A DNA stretch of 57,082 nucleotides, taken from positions 1 to 57,082 of the forward strand of contig QGUZ02000001.1 in assembly GCA_003242605.2 (NCBI GenBank), written 5' to 3'. Numbering within the stretch: position 1 is the stretch's first letter; each line of letters starts with the position of its first letter. Positions 55,833 to 57,082 of the stretch are shown here, in pieces. The translations under genes were made by a program, and so were the position numbers. The DNA comes from Actinomycetes bacterium. Its GTDB lineage: Bacteria > Actinomycetota > Actinomycetes > Streptosporangiales > Streptosporangiaceae. The notes below the pieces were generated by a model. The model was not told where the DNA came from. It ran no database searches and saw only the letters and a list, made by a program, of their open reading frames with translations.

Positions 55833-56881
55833 TGGCGGGCCTGGCGGACCGGCTCCGCGGCGACGGGCCGGACCTCGACATCCTCGGCCGCCGCAGGCTG
55901 TGGTACGGCCTGTCGCTCGCCCTGCTGGTGCTCTCGCTCGCCGGGCTGCTCGGCCGCGGGCTGAACCTCGGCGTGGAGTTCACCGGCGGCTCGGTCTTCA
56001 CGTTCACCTCCGCCTCGGCCACGGTGGAGCGGGTCCGCGAGGCGGCCGCCGGCGCGATCCGGGGGAGCGGCGACGGGCAGGTGATCGTGCAGCGGACCGG
56101 CGCGCACGGCTGGCGCGTCACCACCGGGCTCACCTCCGGCGACCGACAGTCCGACGAGCGGGTCGAGCATGTGCGGCGGGCGATCGCCGAGCGGCTCGGC
56201 CTGCCGCCCGGCGAGATCGGGGTCCAGGTGATCGGCGCCTCGTGGGGCGGCCGGGTCACCGAGCGGGCCGCGCTCGGCCTCGCCGTGCTGCTGGCCGCGG
56301 TTATCGGCTATTTGTCGTTCGCCTTCGAGTGGCGCATGGCGCTCGCCGCGGTCGCCGCGCTCGGCCACGATCTGGTCGTCACCGCGGGCGTGTACGCCTG
56401 GACGGGTTTCGAGGTGACCCCGGCCACCCTGCTCGGCTTCCTCACCATCCTGGGATACTCGCTGTACGACGCGGTCGTCGTCTTCGACATGATCAAGGAG
56501 GTCACCGCCAGGCTCGGCAGCACCGGAAAGATGACCTACACCCAGGCCGCGAACCGCGCGCTCAACGCGACCCTGGTCCGCTCGCTCAACACCACGCTCG
56601 TGGCGATCCTGCCGGTGGCGTCGATCCTATTCATCGGCACCACGCTGCTCGGCGCGGGTACGCTGAGGGACCTGTCGCTCGCGCTGTTCGTAGGCATGAT
56701 CGTCGGGACCTACTCCTCGCTGTGCGTGGCCACGCCGCTGCTGGCCGCGCTCAAGGAGCGGGAGCCGCGGTACGCCGCCCTCGCCAGGCGGGTGGCCGGG
56801 CGCGACCGGGCGCTCGCCGGGGCGGGCAGGTCCGCCGGCCCGGCGACCACGGCGCACAAACGCAGGAAGAGACAGAGTTGA
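55829..56881 (+). CDS. secF: Protein translocase subunit SecF
   Basis: LNLGVEFTGG, HD, GYSLYDAVVVFD, RSLNT, GTYSS. Confidence 0.95.
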   Translation: MMAGLADRLRGDGPDLDILGRRRLWYGLSLALLVLSLAGLLGRGLNLGVEFTGGSVFTFTSASATVERVREAAAGAIRGSGDGQVIVQRTGAHGWRVTTGLTSGDRQSDERVEHVRRAIAERLGLPPGEIGVQVIGASWGGRVTERAALGLAVLLAAVIGYLSFAFEWRMALAAVAALGHDLVVTAGVYAWTGFEVTPATLLGFLTILGYSLYDAVVVFDMIKEVTARLGSTGKMTYTQAANRALNATLVRSLNTTLVAILPVASILFIGTTLLGAGTLRDLSLALFVGMIVGTYSSLCVATPLLAALKEREPRYAALARRVAGRDRALAGAGRSAGPATTAHKRRKRQS

Positions 56882-57035
56882 ACGGCCCGCTGTTGATCGG
56901 CCCGCTCCGTGGGCTCCGCGCCGACCGGCCCGCCCGTGCCGGCCGGCCCGCCTGCGGGGTGCCGCGGCACGGCGCGAGGGGCGCCGGGCCGGGCCCCGGC
57001 GGGCCCCGGTTGTGAAGGCAGGTGCCAATCCCCCC

Positions 57036-57082
57036 ATGGGTGCGACGGACGTCTCCGCGCTGATCCTCAGCCGGATCCGCGA
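57036..57082 (+). CDS. apt: Probable adenine phosphoribosyltransferase, 5' fragment
   Basis: MGATDVSALILSRIR...; conserved secF-apt gene order. Only 15 codons are visible. Confidence 0.55.
   Translation, partial: MGATDVSALILSRIR

Noticed and set aside
12-57037. Many long antisense or alternate-frame ORFs (e.g. 43129-46599, 16990-19932, 24221-26911, 12227-15223)
   Set aside because: Shadow ORFs expected at very high GC; Arg/Pro/Gly-rich with no motifs, and they overlap well-supported genes.

Overview
High-GC actinobacterial chromosome segment. Gene content and order suggest a Streptosporangiales-type actinomycete such as Thermobispora (inference). 1-8.1 kb: a mycofactocin locus (divergent mftR; mftA-mftB-mftC translationally coupled to two FadH/OYE flavoproteins and an ETF alpha subunit; a mycofactocin-type SDR). 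mftD/E/F are not in the window. 8-30 kb: accessory genes, including two hypothetical membrane proteins, DUF1992, DUF4352, fused pabAB, an orphan permease, HelD, a NUDIX/WD40 deletion scar, ackA, two orphan glycine-betaine-type binding lipoproteins divergent from a truncated conservon (NIT-type sensor CvnA plus DUF742 only), an MFS transporter and a GH25 muramidase. 30-57 kb: the conserved thrS-HIT-(EF-G2)-pgsA-patA-pimA-pdxS-pdxT-yebC-ruvCAB-yajC-secDF-apt backbone with several insertions. The strongest non-obvious signals are (1) an unannotated Thr-rich leader peptide with full attenuator structure upstream of thrS, (2) orphan solute-binding proteins paired with a minimal conservon, and (3) a frame-independent GTACGG/CCGTAC motif built from rare codons and recurring in intergenic palindromes. 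No rRNA, tRNA, CRISPR array or intact mobile element was seen.
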